A model generated the notes under the pieces. That model was not told the DNA's origin and made no database searches. It saw nothing but the letters and a program-made list of their open reading frames with translations. The translations under genes were made by a program, and so were the position numbers. DNA of 64,000 bases from Acidobacteriota bacterium (GTDB lineage: Bacteria > Acidobacteriota > Vicinamibacteria > Vicinamibacterales > CAVVIG01), in contig JADZED010000041.1 in assembly GCA_020850715.1 (NCBI GenBank), positions 10,623-74,622 on the forward strand, read 5' to 3'. Every line of letters begins with the position of its first letter. Positions within the stretch are counted from its first letter, which is position 1. Of this stretch, positions 48,659-58,132 are shown piece after piece.

Positions 48659-49612
48659 TTACGTCCCGTCGCTGCGCTCAACGACCGCCGCCGCGAGCAG
48701 CGGAATCATCAACTCGTGGTGCCCGACCAGCGAGTACCCGCGCCCCGATGTGGCGGTCGGCCGCGCAACCACGTTGGTCTGCGGCCGGTATCCCCTCGCG
48801 AAATCCAGGTTCACCGTCGTCAGCCCGGCAAAGGCGATGCCCTGATTGCGCGCGAGCGCGACGGCCTTCAGGAACACTTCGGGCAGGACGACCGCCGATC
48901 CGCAGTTGAGGTACACCCCGCGCTCGAGCCGCGCGACGTTCGAGACCAGGTGACGGAAATCGCGGAGGCTCCCCTCGCCCAGCGCCGCACCCGACGCCGC
49001 CGGGTGCATGTGGATGATATCGGTGCCGATCGCCACGTGCACGGTGACCGGCACGGCCAGACGCGAGGCGGCGGCGAGCACGCTCGCGCGCGCGAACTGC
49101 GGCTCCCTGAGGCTCATGAACGCGGCGATCGCCTGGCCGATACCGAGCCCGTTCGCGACCCCGTCGCCGATCGCCTCGTTGAGGAGGCGGCCGGTCTCCT
49201 CGGCCAGCCCGAACCGCCCCGGGCCCAGTGCGGCGTCCACGTCCTCCGAGGTCCTGCCGACCAGGGCGATCTCGAAATCGTGGATCACCGCAGCGCCATT
49301 GACGGCAATCGCCGAGACGAACCCGCGCTCCATGAGATCGATGAGCACGGGACCGAGGCCGGTCTTGATCACGTGCCCGCCCAGGCCCCACACGATGCCG
49401 CCGCCGTCGCGCCTGGCGTCGACCAGCGCGTCGACCACGGCCCGGAAATCGGCGCCGCCCAGGATCTTCGGCAGCGATTCGACCAGGCCCCCGATCGTCA
49501 TGCCCGGCCTCGCCGCCCTGGCAAAGTCCTCGATGCGCACTTTGCCCCCGCGCGATTTCAACGGGTAGGTCGTCACGCCGGAGAGATCGAATTCCTCGTA
49601 GTGAAAGGGCAT
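48659..49612 (-). CDS. Conserved protein of unknown function, possibly with a deoxyhypusine-synthase-like fold
   Basis: Inside track ORF 48659..50488; ATG at 49612 (MPFHYEEFDLSG...). The pattern GLGGHVIKTGLGPVLIDLMERGFVSAIAVNGAAVIHDFEIAL..TSEDV is reminiscent of DHS-family proteins. This is a weak, by-eye assignment. Confidence 0.4.
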   Translation of the reverse strand: MPFHYEEFDLSGVTTYPLKSRGGKVRIEDFARAARPGMTIGGLVESLPKILGGADFRAVVDALVDARRDGGGIVWGLGGHVIKTGLGPVLIDLMERGFVSAIAVNGAAVIHDFEIALVGRTSEDVDAALGPGRFGLAEETGRLLNEAIGDGVANGLGIGQAIAAFMSLREPQFARASVLAAASRLAVPVTVHVAIGTDIIHMHPAASGAALGEGSLRDFRHLVSNVARLERGVYLNCGSAVVLPEVFLKAVALARNQGIAFAGLTTVNLDFARGYRPQTNVVARPTATSGRGYSLVGHHELMIPLLAAAVVERSDGT

Positions 49613-49635
49613 GGATAGCGTCGGGAGGTACCAGT

Positions 49636-50727
49636 TTAGAGGATCAGCATGGCGTCGCCGTAGCTGTAGAACCGATACCCCTCGTCGATGGCGCGGCGAT
49701 AGGCCGAGAGCACCCGCTCGCGGCCGGCGAAGGCCGAGACCAGCATCAGCAGCGACGACCTGGGCAGGTGAAAATTCGTGATCAGGCCGCCGATCGCGCG
49801 GAAGTCGAAGCCCGGGTGGATGAACAGGTCGGTCTGCCCCGCCCCGGGTGCGATCGTCCCTTTCGCACGAGCCACCGCCTCGAGCGTCCTGGTCGTCGTG
49901 GTGCCCACGGCGACGATGCGGCGCCGATCGCGCAGCGCGGCGGCGATGGCAGACGCCGCCGGCGGCTCGATGACGTATGGCTCGGCTTCCAGCCGGTGAT
50001 CTTCGACGCGCTCGACGCGAACCGGCTGGAATGTGCCGTACCCCACGTGCAGCGTGATCTGCGCGATCTCGACGCCGCGCGCGGCCAGCGCCGCGATGAG
50101 CGGCGGCGTGAAGTGCAAGCCGGCCGTCGGCGCGGCAATCGAACCGCGCGCGCGCGCGAATACGGTCTGGTACCGCGCGCGATCGTCCCCACGGTCGTCG
50201 CGCTTGATGTAGGGCGGCAACGGCACGTGACCGATCGCGTCGACGACGGCGTCGATCGACCCGGCGCCCTCCGGCCGCAGGCGCACCACCCGCCTGCCGT
50301 GGAAACGCCGCTCGACCACCTCGCCGTGCAGCCGCAGGCCGCCCGACGCACCCTCCGGCGGCTCGAAGACGACGCGCGCTCCCGGCCCGAGCTTCTGGCC
50401 CGGGTGCATCAGCGCCTCCCACATGTCCCCGCCCGACATGTCGGAACCGTCCGCGCGGGCCGGATCCACACGCCGCAGCAGCAGGCACTCGACCGCGCCG
50501 CCGCTCGGCACGCGCCGCCCGATCAGCCGCGCGGCGAAGACACGCGTGTCGTTGACGACGAGGAGATCGCCGCTGTCGAGCAGATCCGGCAGCGCGGCAA
50601 TGGAGAGGTGCGCGAGTTCGCCGGTGCGGCGGTCGAGCCTCAGCAGCCGTGAGGCGCCGCGGTCGGGCGGGGGTTCCTGCGCTATCAGTTCGGAGGGGAG
50701 CTCGAAGTCGAAGTCGCGGACATCCAT
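49636..50727 (-). CDS. queA: S-adenosylmethionine:tRNA ribosyltransferase-isomerase
   Basis: Track ORF 49636..50784; the start is moved to the ATG at 50727 (MDVRDFDFELPSELIAQEP). Other motifs: LPPYIKR, VTLHVGYGTF, FRFYSYGDAMLI. Confidence 0.9.
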   Translation of the reverse strand: MDVRDFDFELPSELIAQEPPPDRGASRLLRLDRRTGELAHLSIAALPDLLDSGDLLVVNDTRVFAARLIGRRVPSGGAVECLLLRRVDPARADGSDMSGGDMWEALMHPGQKLGPGARVVFEPPEGASGGLRLHGEVVERRFHGRRVVRLRPEGAGSIDAVVDAIGHVPLPPYIKRDDRGDDRARYQTVFARARGSIAAPTAGLHFTPPLIAALAARGVEIAQITLHVGYGTFQPVRVERVEDHRLEAEPYVIEPPAASAIAAALRDRRRIVAVGTTTTRTLEAVARAKGTIAPGAGQTDLFIHPGFDFRAIGGLITNFHLPRSSLLMLVSAFAGRERVLSAYRRAIDEGYRFYSYGDAMLIL

Positions 50728-50787
50728 GTCCGCCTCGATCTTATCCGAGCCGAACGCGCTGCCGGCTCTCTTCGCCGGCTGCACGCA

Positions 50788-51453
50788 TCAGTGGACGACC
50801 GAGGCGGCGATCCAGAGGTCCCGGCCGCCGTGCCACTCGTCCGCAAGCAGCGTCCAGAGGCTCTGATCCAGCCATTCGCCGTGGCGCAGCAGCGAGCGGC
50901 GGAGCAGTCCCTCCTGCACGGCGCCCAGCTTCCTGAGCGCACCGATGCCTCGCCCGTTCCGCACCGCCGCCCGCGCTTCGAGGCGCCGCACGCCGAGCAC
51001 CTCGAACGCGAACGTCGCCGCCAGCTTGGCGCCGTCCATGAAGACGCCCGAACCCCAGAACTCCTCCGCAAGCGCGAAGCCCCACTCCGACGTGCCGAAC
51101 GCCGGCTCGAGCGATCGGATCTGATACAGACCGATCGCCACGTCGGAGCCGTGCGGCACCACGGCAAAGCAGACATATTGTCCGGCCGCGCGCTGCCGCT
51201 GCGACCACGCGATGAAGCGCTCGAACCCCTCGACGCTGGACGGCGGCGGGGAGATGAACCGCGACACCTGTTCGGTCGTGAGCGCCGCGAACAGTGCCGG
51301 GGCATCGGCGATGCGCATCTCGCGCAGCGTCACCATCGCCCCTCGCAGCGCCGGCAGGTCGCGCCGCCAGTCGGGAGCCGATGGCTCGGGCCGATCGATC
51401 GCCGCCGGCAGGACCGCGGTGTCGAGCGACGGCTGATACGGCATCTTCTCCAT
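50788..51453 (-). CDS. GNAT family N-acetyltransferase (RimJ/RimL-like)
   Basis: Track ORF 50788..51561; start at the ATG at 51453. Motifs: VTLREMRIADAP, GFALAEEFWGSGV, RLEARAAVRNGRGIGALRKLG. Confidence 0.7.
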   Translation of the reverse strand: MEKMPYQPSLDTAVLPAAIDRPEPSAPDWRRDLPALRGAMVTLREMRIADAPALFAALTTEQVSRFISPPPSSVEGFERFIAWSQRQRAAGQYVCFAVVPHGSDVAIGLYQIRSLEPAFGTSEWGFALAEEFWGSGVFMDGAKLAATFAFEVLGVRRLEARAAVRNGRGIGALRKLGAVQEGLLRRSLLRHGEWLDQSLWTLLADEWHGGRDLWIAASVVH

Positions 51454-51454
51454 G

Positions 51455-53557
51455 TCAGAAGACTCCTGCCGCCATGCCCCAGACGATGTTGTCGCCGTCG
51501 TCGGACGTCCCCCACACGATGTTGTCGCCCTCGTCGGAGGTCCCCCAGATGATGTTGTCACCCTCGTCAGCGGTGCCCCAGACGATGTTGTCGCCCTCGT
51601 CGGCAGTGCCCCAGACGATGTTGTCGCCCTCGTCAGCGGTCGCGAAGAGAATCGCGTCGCCCTGTCGCATGCCCCAGACGATGTTGCCGGCCGTCAGCGT
51701 GCCCCAGACGATGTTGTCGCCCTCGTCGCTGGTGCCCCACACGATGTTGTCGCCGTCGTCGCTCATCGCGCCGACCAGACGGCTGCCCCAGACGACGTTC
51801 GCGCCCCAGACGGCGTTGGCGCCCCAGACGATGTCGGTCGCGCTCACGATCACGCCGGTGCCCCAGACGATGTTGTCGCCCTCGTCGCTGGCGCCCCACA
51901 CGGCGCCGGCGCCCCATGCGGCACTGCTGACGTACAGGACGTCGCCCCCGAGAATCGTGCCGCCCCAGATGACCTGTTGCGACCACTGGTGCGACTGCCC
52001 GCCGATCATCGAGGATGGCGTGATGCCGATCGAGAACCACGGCAGGCCCGGCGCCACATCGGTGTCGATCGCTCCGGCGAGCTCGATCGCCCCGGCAGCG
52101 TTGATCCCGCCGGCGCCCTGGCTGAGCGCGTCGAACCCCGAAAGCGGGATCGCGCTGTACTCGAGGATCCCCTTCATCAGGTTCGCCGAAATCGGATGGA
52201 CGCTCTGGAGTCCCGCGCGATTGTGCGCGTCGAGGGCCAGCGCCGCCACGCCGCTGGCGACCGCCGTGGCCATGCTGGCGCCGCTCAGCTCGAGGTAGTC
52301 GCCGCCATTGCGCGACTTCACGTGGCCGCTCTTGAGCAGCTTGAACAGGTACGACGTCGCGTTGGTGTCCGAGGCCAGCCGATGCCCGGGCGCGACGAGG
52401 TCCGGCTTCGCCAGCGCGTCGAACCACGTCGGGCCGCGGGAGCTGTAACGCGCCACCTCGTCGTCCTCGCGGGCAGTCGTGTGCTTCGTGTCGGCCGCGC
52501 CCACCGTGATCGCCGACCGCGCGTTGCCCGGCGACGTGATCCCGAGATAGCCGACCTCGCCACTCCGCTCGGCCTGACCGAAGTTGCCGGCCGATACCAC
52601 GACGATCAGACCGCTGGCGCTCGCCCGCTCGACCGCCTGCACGAGCGGATCGTCCTCGGCGGGCGCGTAGATCGGATGCCCCAGCGACAGATTGACGATG
52701 TGCACGCCGAGCGCCGCGCGGTTGGCGATCACGAACTCGAGCGCGTTGATCACGTCGCTCGTGTAGCCGGCTCCGGTGCTGTCGAGCACCTTCAGGCCGT
52801 ACAGCCGTACCGCGGGGGCGACGCCCTGGAATTCGAAGTTGGAGAGCCGGCCGCTGCTGCCGATCAGGCCGGCGACGTGCGTCCCGTGGCCGTAGTCGTC
52901 GAAGGGCGAGGTCGCGATGCCGCCCCGCGTGAAGTCCCAGAAGCCGGAGATGCGCCCGTTGAAGTCGCGGCTCGGCGCAATCCCCGAGTCGATCACGGCG
53001 ACCCCGATGCCGGCGCCCGTCGGCGTGCCCGCGAGCGCCACCGGCGCCAGGCCGAGCGTCTCGCGAAGCGTCGACGACAGGATGGTCGATGCGCGGCGCG
53101 ACACGGAACCTCGCGCGGCAGTCTTCGACCTGCCGGCGATCTTCTGCGTCCTGGAGGCGACCTTTCGCGCATCCGCGTGCACAAGCGCATCGGCCGCGAT
53201 CTCCTTGACCCACGGCAGGCGCGCGAGCTCGTCGACGTCGACGCTGTGCAGATCGGCCGACACGCCGTCGATGAGGGCGTGCTCCGACTTGACGGCGTCG
53301 CCGTGCTGGCGAAGCGCCTGGCGGAGCGCCGCGCGGTAGCCGGGCTGTACGGTGACGATGACGCGCTGCGTCCGGACGCCCTTGGCCATGGCGCTGCGGA
53401 CGGCGCGGTCGATCTTTCGAGCGTGTTGCGCCGATGCTGGCGCCGCGGCCGTCGCCAGGGCCGAGGCGGCCACGACAACGAGCGCGGCGAATCGGGTAGA
53501 GAGGAATCTCACGCCAGCCGCCTGAGCAATTGGCTCGCCAGAGCTCGGCAGCGGCAT
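51455..53557 (-). CDS. Secreted subtilisin-like serine protease (S8) with an I9 propeptide and a C-terminal array of DEGDNIVWGT repeats
   Basis: 700 aa. Catalytic triad motifs: VAVIDSGI, HGTHVAGLI, SGASMATAVASG. The start may instead be the GTG at 53512, just before the signal peptide. Confidence 0.85.
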   Translation of the reverse strand: MPLPSSGEPIAQAAGVRFLSTRFAALVVVAASALATAAAPASAQHARKIDRAVRSAMAKGVRTQRVIVTVQPGYRAALRQALRQHGDAVKSEHALIDGVSADLHSVDVDELARLPWVKEIAADALVHADARKVASRTQKIAGRSKTAARGSVSRRASTILSSTLRETLGLAPVALAGTPTGAGIGVAVIDSGIAPSRDFNGRISGFWDFTRGGIATSPFDDYGHGTHVAGLIGSSGRLSNFEFQGVAPAVRLYGLKVLDSTGAGYTSDVINALEFVIANRAALGVHIVNLSLGHPIYAPAEDDPLVQAVERASASGLIVVVSAGNFGQAERSGEVGYLGITSPGNARSAITVGAADTKHTTAREDDEVARYSSRGPTWFDALAKPDLVAPGHRLASDTNATSYLFKLLKSGHVKSRNGGDYLELSGASMATAVASGVAALALDAHNRAGLQSVHPISANLMKGILEYSAIPLSGFDALSQGAGGINAAGAIELAGAIDTDVAPGLPWFSIGITPSSMIGGQSHQWSQQVIWGGTILGGDVLYVSSAAWGAGAVWGASDEGDNIVWGTGVIVSATDIVWGANAVWGANVVWGSRLVGAMSDDGDNIVWGTSDEGDNIVWGTLTAGNIVWGMRQGDAILFATADEGDNIVWGTADEGDNIVWGTADEGDNIIWGTSDEGDNIVWGTSDDGDNIVWGMAAGVF
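51477..51890 (-). repeat. 30-bp tandem repeat array inside the protease gene. The plus-strand unit is CCCCAGACGATGTTGTCGCCCTCGTCGGNNGT, which encodes (S/A)D(E/D)GDNIVWGT.
   Basis: At least 5 contiguous near-identical 30-bp units lie at 51477-51636. Further full or degenerate copies extend to about 51890 (NIVWG, DIVWG, NAVWG and NVVWG variants). Confidence 0.85.
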
Positions 53558-53905
53558 CGCGTGGGTGGCAAGTGGCGATCAGTCAATAGGTTGCCAGCCA
53601 TCGAAGGTGGCGCCACGTCTATCGAGAGCAGGATGCAATGTCTCGAATACGAACATTTCGCCAGGAACAATCGCTGAAATCATCGTTATTGGCTGAAAAT
53701 ATTGCCAATATCGGCCGTGCTTCGTATCGGTACAATAGTCTGCGAATCGAACATCGTGACATATCAAGTTCTCGATTCGTGGCGGCGGCTCAGGGAATGA
53801 AGGCGGCGGCGGCGGTCGCGATCAACCGGGCGCTGCAGCGGCAGGAACTCCGGCCGTGAATCCCGGCCGAGCGGGCCGGTGAACGGTCTCGGCCGCGACG
53901 CCGCG

Positions 53906-54838
53906 TCAGAGGTTGGCCGCGCTCATCAGCGGGGCGAGATCGACGCGCCGCGCCTTGTGAAGCAGCGGCTTCCAGAGATCGCCGAGCCTGGCGATTCGGG
54001 CGGGGACGTTGCGGATCGTGAAGTCTTCGATGCGGACGCCGCGCGACACCTCCTCCCAGGTCACCGGGGTGGAGACGCTGGCGTCGGGGCGCGGGCGCAC
54101 CGAATAGACCGACGCCAGCGTCCGCCCCCACGCGTTCTGGTTGTAGTCGACCAGGACGCGGCCGCGCGGCCGCCGGGCCACGCGGTACTCGGCGGTGATG
54201 AGGGCGGGGTGGCGCGACGCGAGCGTCTGCGCCAGCGCCTTGGCGAAGCGCCAGACCTCCTTCTGCAGCGGGCCGTGCACGATCGGCACATACACGTGCA
54301 ACCCCCTCGATCCGGTCGTCTTGACGAACGAGGGCATCTGCAGCGCGTCGAGCGCCGCGCGCACGACGAGCGCCGTCTCGCGGACCCGGTCGAACCCGGC
54401 GCCGGCGCCGGGATCGAGATCGAAGTGCACGTAGTCGGGGCGGTGATGGTCGCCGCACCGGGCGTACCACTGGTTCAGATCGATGCAGCCCAGATTGACC
54501 ACCCACAGCAGCGCGGCGCGATCCTGGATCATCGGGAAATCGATCGCATTGCCGGAGGGGTGGACGATGCGGCACGTCTGGATCCAGTCGGGCCGCGGCA
54601 CGGGCGCGCGCTTCATGAAGAAGTGCTCCCCCGCCGCGCCGTGCGGATAGCGCTTCATCACCATCGGCCGGTCGCGCAGGTGCGGCAGCAGCACGCCGGC
54701 CACCTCCGCGTAGTAGCGCAGGAGATCGCCCTTGGTCAGCCGCGCCTCCGCCCAGAAGATCTTGCGCAGGTTGGTGAGGCGCACCTCGTGCCGATCGACG
54801 GTCAGCACGACGTGGTCCCGATCGGGGGGGATGATCAT
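53906..54838 (-). CDS. Stand-alone LigD-type polymerase/primase (NHEJ PolDom) protein
   Basis: 310 aa. Motifs: LTNLRKIFWAEARLTKGDLLRYYAEVAGVLLPHLRDRP, YVHFDLDPG, SFVKTTGSRGLHVYVP, VLVDYNQN. Confidence 0.8.
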   Translation of the reverse strand: MIIPPDRDHVVLTVDRHEVRLTNLRKIFWAEARLTKGDLLRYYAEVAGVLLPHLRDRPMVMKRYPHGAAGEHFFMKRAPVPRPDWIQTCRIVHPSGNAIDFPMIQDRAALLWVVNLGCIDLNQWYARCGDHHRPDYVHFDLDPGAGAGFDRVRETALVVRAALDALQMPSFVKTTGSRGLHVYVPIVHGPLQKEVWRFAKALAQTLASRHPALITAEYRVARRPRGRVLVDYNQNAWGRTLASVYSVRPRPDASVSTPVTWEEVSRGVRIEDFTIRNVPARIARLGDLWKPLLHKARRVDLAPLMSAANL

Positions 54839-55455
54839 GGCCCGAGCGGGGGAAGCTTCGGCGGCCGCGCGCCATGCCGCGGCGCGCCGGCCACTTCGAC
54901 GTACGGCAGCTCGGTGCCCTGCCGCGCCATCCGCAGGAGCAGGCCACCGCGGCTCATGTCGCCGCGACCGACGAAGTCGATCGGGAACCGCAGGCGCCCG
55001 CTGAAGATCTCGAGCAGCACCTCGACGTACTTCGTGGAGGCGATGCTCCCGAGCAGGACGACGTCGCAGCCGGGGCCGATGGCGCGCGCGAGCCGCCGGG
55101 CGCTGCGCTCGAGGGGGCGGCGGTACTCCAGGTTGGCCTCGTGCACGTCGGAGGCGGCGAACGATTCGACCGTCCGGCGGGTCACGTACGTGCCGGGCCC
55201 CCGCAGGCCGACATTCGGGGTGATGACGTGGACGCCGCCGGACCCGGCGCCGGGGGGCGCCGCGAACCGGAGGGCATAGGCGAGCTTCCCGCGGAAATAG
55301 AGCCCGCTGACGAACACGAACACGTCGCCAAGCGTGGCGCCGCGGTCCGTGCGCAGCTGTTCGGCCAGCGCGAAGCGCGCGTGCGGCGACAGCAGTTGCC
55401 TGGCGCGCGCCCCGCCGCAGTGGGCGGGGGACAACAGGAAGATCCGTCCGGTCAC
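54835..55455 (-). CDS. Conserved hypothetical protein translationally coupled to the LigD polymerase gene
   Basis: Inside track ORF 54835..56388; GTG at 55455 with AGGAGG 4 nt upstream. The stop overlaps the PolDom ATG (ATGA). Notable strings: IFLLSPAHCGGARA, VVLLGSIASTKY, FVGRGDMSRGGLLLR. I could not assign a family. Confidence 0.5.
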   Translation of the reverse strand: MTGRIFLLSPAHCGGARARQLLSPHARFALAEQLRTDRGATLGDVFVFVSGLYFRGKLAYALRFAAPPGAGSGGVHVITPNVGLRGPGTYVTRRTVESFAASDVHEANLEYRRPLERSARRLARAIGPGCDVVLLGSIASTKYVEVLLEIFSGRLRFPIDFVGRGDMSRGGLLLRMARQGTELPYVEVAGAPRHGARPPKLPPLGP

Positions 55456-55490
55456 CCGGCCTCCTGCGCGATCGTGCGTCCGAGCCTCCG

Positions 55491-56519
55491 CTAGAATCCC
55501 CACCGCACGAGGACCGCGCCGACGGTGAAGCCGGCCCCCACCGAGGCGAGCAGCACGAGGTCCCCCTTCTTGAGCCGCTTCGACGCGACCGCGTCGTTCA
55601 GGGCGAGCGGAATGGTCGCGGCCGTCGTGTTGCCGAAGCGCGCGATGTTGATGATGACCTTGGCCGGGTCGACGCCGAGCTTCTCGGTCGCCGAGAGAAT
55701 GATGCGCTGGTTGGCCTGGTGCGAGACGAAGAGGTCGAGGTCCCTGGGGGTGAGGCCGTTGCGGTCGAGCACGCGCCGGGCGATCTCCTCGGTCTTGCGC
55801 ACGGCGAACTTGAACACCGTCGCGCCATCCTGCTTCACGTAGTGCATCCGCCTGTCGATCGTCTCGTGCGTCGGCGGATTGAGGCTGCCGCCGGCCGGCA
55901 TGCAGAGCGCCGGCGCCCCGGCGCCGTCGATCTCGTGCTCGAAGTCGAGGATCGCGCCGTCGTCGGGCCCCGCCGCCGCCGAGACGATGACGGCGCCGGC
56001 ACCGTCGCCGAACAGCACGCAGGTCGATCGATCCTGGTAGTCGATGATGCTCGACATCACGTCGGCGCCGACCACCAGGGCGTGCTCGTGCGCGCCCGTG
56101 CTCACGATCTGGCTCGCGGTCGTCAGCGCGTAGGTGAACGCCGAGCAGGCCGCGCTGAGGTCGAATCCCCACGCGCGATGGGCGCCGATCTTGTGCTGGA
56201 GCAGGCAGGCCGTGCTCGGAAACATCATGTCGGGGGTCACCGTGCCGACGACGATGAAGCCGAGGTCGTCTGGCGCGAGGCCCGACCGGGCGATCGCGTC
56301 GGTTGCCGCGTGGGCCGCCAGGTCGGAGGTCGCGACGCCCGGGTCGACCAGGTGGCGCTCCCGGATGCCGGTCCGCTGCAGGATCCACTCGTTGCTGGTG
56401 TCGACCATCTTCTCCAGGTCGGCGTTCGACAGCACGCGCGGCGGCACATAGGTCGCCAGCGATCGAATTGTCGTCGGACGCCCTCCGCAGCGCGTCCTCC
56501 GCTTGGTCTCGGTTACCAC
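55491..56519 (-). CDS. fabH: 3-oxoacyl-ACP synthase III
   Basis: Inside track ORF 55491..58280. Motifs: [11 protein letters not shown] (active-site Cys), [22 protein letters not shown]. The start is uncertain. The only in-frame canonical start upstream of the conserved IRSLATYVP is the GTG at 56519, which overlaps ruvB by 7 nt. Confidence 0.8.
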   Translation of the reverse strand: MVTETKRRTRCGGRPTTIRSLATYVPPRVLSNADLEKMVDTSNEWILQRTGIRERHLVDPGVATSDLAAHAATDAIARSGLAPDDLGFIVVGTVTPDMMFPSTACLLQHKIGAHRAWGFDLSAACSAFTYALTTASQIVSTGAHEHALVVGADVMSSIIDYQDRSTCVLFGDGAGAVIVSAAAGPDDGAILDFEHEIDGAGAPALCMPAGGSLNPPTHETIDRRMHYVKQDGATVFKFAVRKTEEIARRVLDRNGLTPRDLDLFVSHQANQRIILSATEKLGVDPAKVIINIARFGNTTAATIPLALNDAVASKRLKKGDLVLLASVGAGFTVGAVLVRWGF

Positions 56520-57532
56520 AGTCGTGAGTCCCTCCCCGGCGCCTGGAGCCCGAAATAGCCGTACGCGCGGGGCGTCGCCACGCGCCCGCGCGGCGTCCGG
56601 TCCAGAAAGCCGATCTGGATCAGGAACGGCTCGTAGATGTCCTCGATGGCGTCCTTCTCTTCGCTGATCGCGGCCGCGATCGTGCCGAGCCCGACCGGCC
56701 CCCCGCCGAACTTCTCGATGATCGTCCTGAGCAGCCGGCGGTCGGTTTCGTCGAACCCGTGCTCGTCGACTTCCAGCAGCGCGAGCGCCGCCCGCGCCAC
56801 GTCGACCGTGATCGTGCCGCCGGCCCTGACCTGGGCGTAGTCGCGCACGCGCCGCAGCAGCCGGTTCACGATGCGCGGCGTTCCGCGTGCGCGCCGGGCG
56901 ACCTCGGCGGCGGCGGCGGGTTCGATCGGCACGCCGAGAATCCCCGCCGAACGCCCGATGATCGCCTCCAGGTCGCGCGCCGTGTAGAACTCGAGGCGGT
57001 GCGTGATTCCGAACCGGGAGCGGAGCGGCGAGGTGAGCAGCCCCGTGCGCGTCGTCGCGCCGATGAGCGTGAAGGGCTCCAGCCGCATCTTCACGGTGCG
57101 CGCGCCCGGACCCTGGCCGATCACGATGTCGACCTCGTAGTCCTCGAGCGCGGGGTACAGGATCTCCTCGACCGCCGGCGACATCCGGTGAATCTCGTCG
57201 ATGAAGAGGACATCGCCCGCCGCGAGATTCGTGATGATGCCGACCAGATCGCCCGGCTTCTCGATCGCGGGTCCGGAGGTCGCACGGACCTGGACCCCCA
57301 TCTCGTTGCCGATGGCGTAGGCCAGCGTCGTCTTGCCCAGCCCCGGCGGGCCGTGGAGCAGCACGTGATCCAGCGGCTCGCTGCGCTGCTTCGCGGCGGC
57401 GATCGACACCTGGAGGTTCTCGCGAATGCGATCCTGCCCGATGTACTCGTCCAGCAGGCGCGGCCGGAGCCCGGCCTCGTACTGGACGTCGTCCTCCGCG
57501 CGCGCGCCGGCGACGATACGGGAATCGGCCAT
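56513..57532 (-). CDS. ruvB: Holliday junction branch migration helicase RuvB
   Basis: 339 aa. Motifs: [30 protein letters not shown]. Confidence 0.95.
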   Translation of the reverse strand: MADSRIVAGARAEDDVQYEAGLRPRLLDEYIGQDRIRENLQVSIAAAKQRSEPLDHVLLHGPPGLGKTTLAYAIGNEMGVQVRATSGPAIEKPGDLVGIITNLAAGDVLFIDEIHRMSPAVEEILYPALEDYEVDIVIGQGPGARTVKMRLEPFTLIGATTRTGLLTSPLRSRFGITHRLEFYTARDLEAIIGRSAGILGVPIEPAAAAEVARRARGTPRIVNRLLRRVRDYAQVRAGGTITVDVARAALALLEVDEHGFDETDRRLLRTIIEKFGGGPVGLGTIAAAISEEKDAIEDIYEPFLIQIGFLDRTPRGRVATPRAYGYFGLQAPGRDSRLW

Positions 57533-57538
57533 GGATCC

Positions 57539-58132
57539 CTACCGCGCCAGTTCGCGAAGCGCCTGTTTCAGCGTCCGCTCGAACGTGGCGTCGGGCGTGG
57601 TCTCGAGCGCGGCATCGACCGCGCGCTCGGCGAGCGGCCGATGATACCCCAGGTTGATCAGGGCCGAGAGCAGGTCGTCGCGCATCGCCGGAGCCGCCCG
57701 CCCGTCTTCGGGCGCACCCGCGCCCTCCCCCCGCGGCAGCCGGTCCTTGAGCTCGAGCACGATCCGCTCCGACGTCTTCCTGCCGATGCCCGGAATCGCA
57801 GTCAGGCGCGCGACATCGCCGCGCTCCACCGCACGCACCAGATCGCGCGGCTCGATGCCGGAGAGCACCGCCAGCGCCACCTTCGGTCCGATCCCGCTGA
57901 TGCCGATCAGGCGCTCGAACAGGTCCTGCTCGAGCCTCGTCGCGAAGCCGTAGAGGAGTAGCGCGTCCTCGCGCACGTGGGTGTGGATGCGCAGCGCGAT
58001 CTCGGCGCCCGGCTCTCCGAGGCCGTAGAACGTCGACAGCGGCACGGCGACGTCGTAGCCGACGCCGTTGACGTCGATCGTGAGGCGATTCGGCTGTTTG
58101 GAGAGAATGCGGCCCCGCAGGTAGGCGATCAC
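57539..58132 (-). CDS. ruvA: Holliday junction DNA helicase RuvA
   Basis: Inside track ORF 57539..58501; the GTG at 58132 forms a GTGA overlap with the ruvC stop. Motifs: VIAYLRGRI, LIGISGIGPKVALAVLS, LTAIPGIGRKTSERI. Confidence 0.9.
   Translation of the reverse strand: MIAYLRGRILSKQPNRLTIDVNGVGYDVAVPLSTFYGLGEPGAEIALRIHTHVREDALLLYGFATRLEQDLFERLIGISGIGPKVALAVLSGIEPRDLVRAVERGDVARLTAIPGIGRKTSERIVLELKDRLPRGEGAGAPEDGRAAPAMRDDLLSALINLGYHRPLAERAVDAALETTPDATFERTLKQALRELAR

Noticed and set aside
53858-53879. GC-rich hairpin (CCGGCC-GAGCG-GGCCGG) downstream of the LigD-PolDom gene, as a possible intrinsic terminator.
   Set aside because: It has only a 6-bp stem, and no U-tract follows it on the minus strand. 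It is too weak to call.
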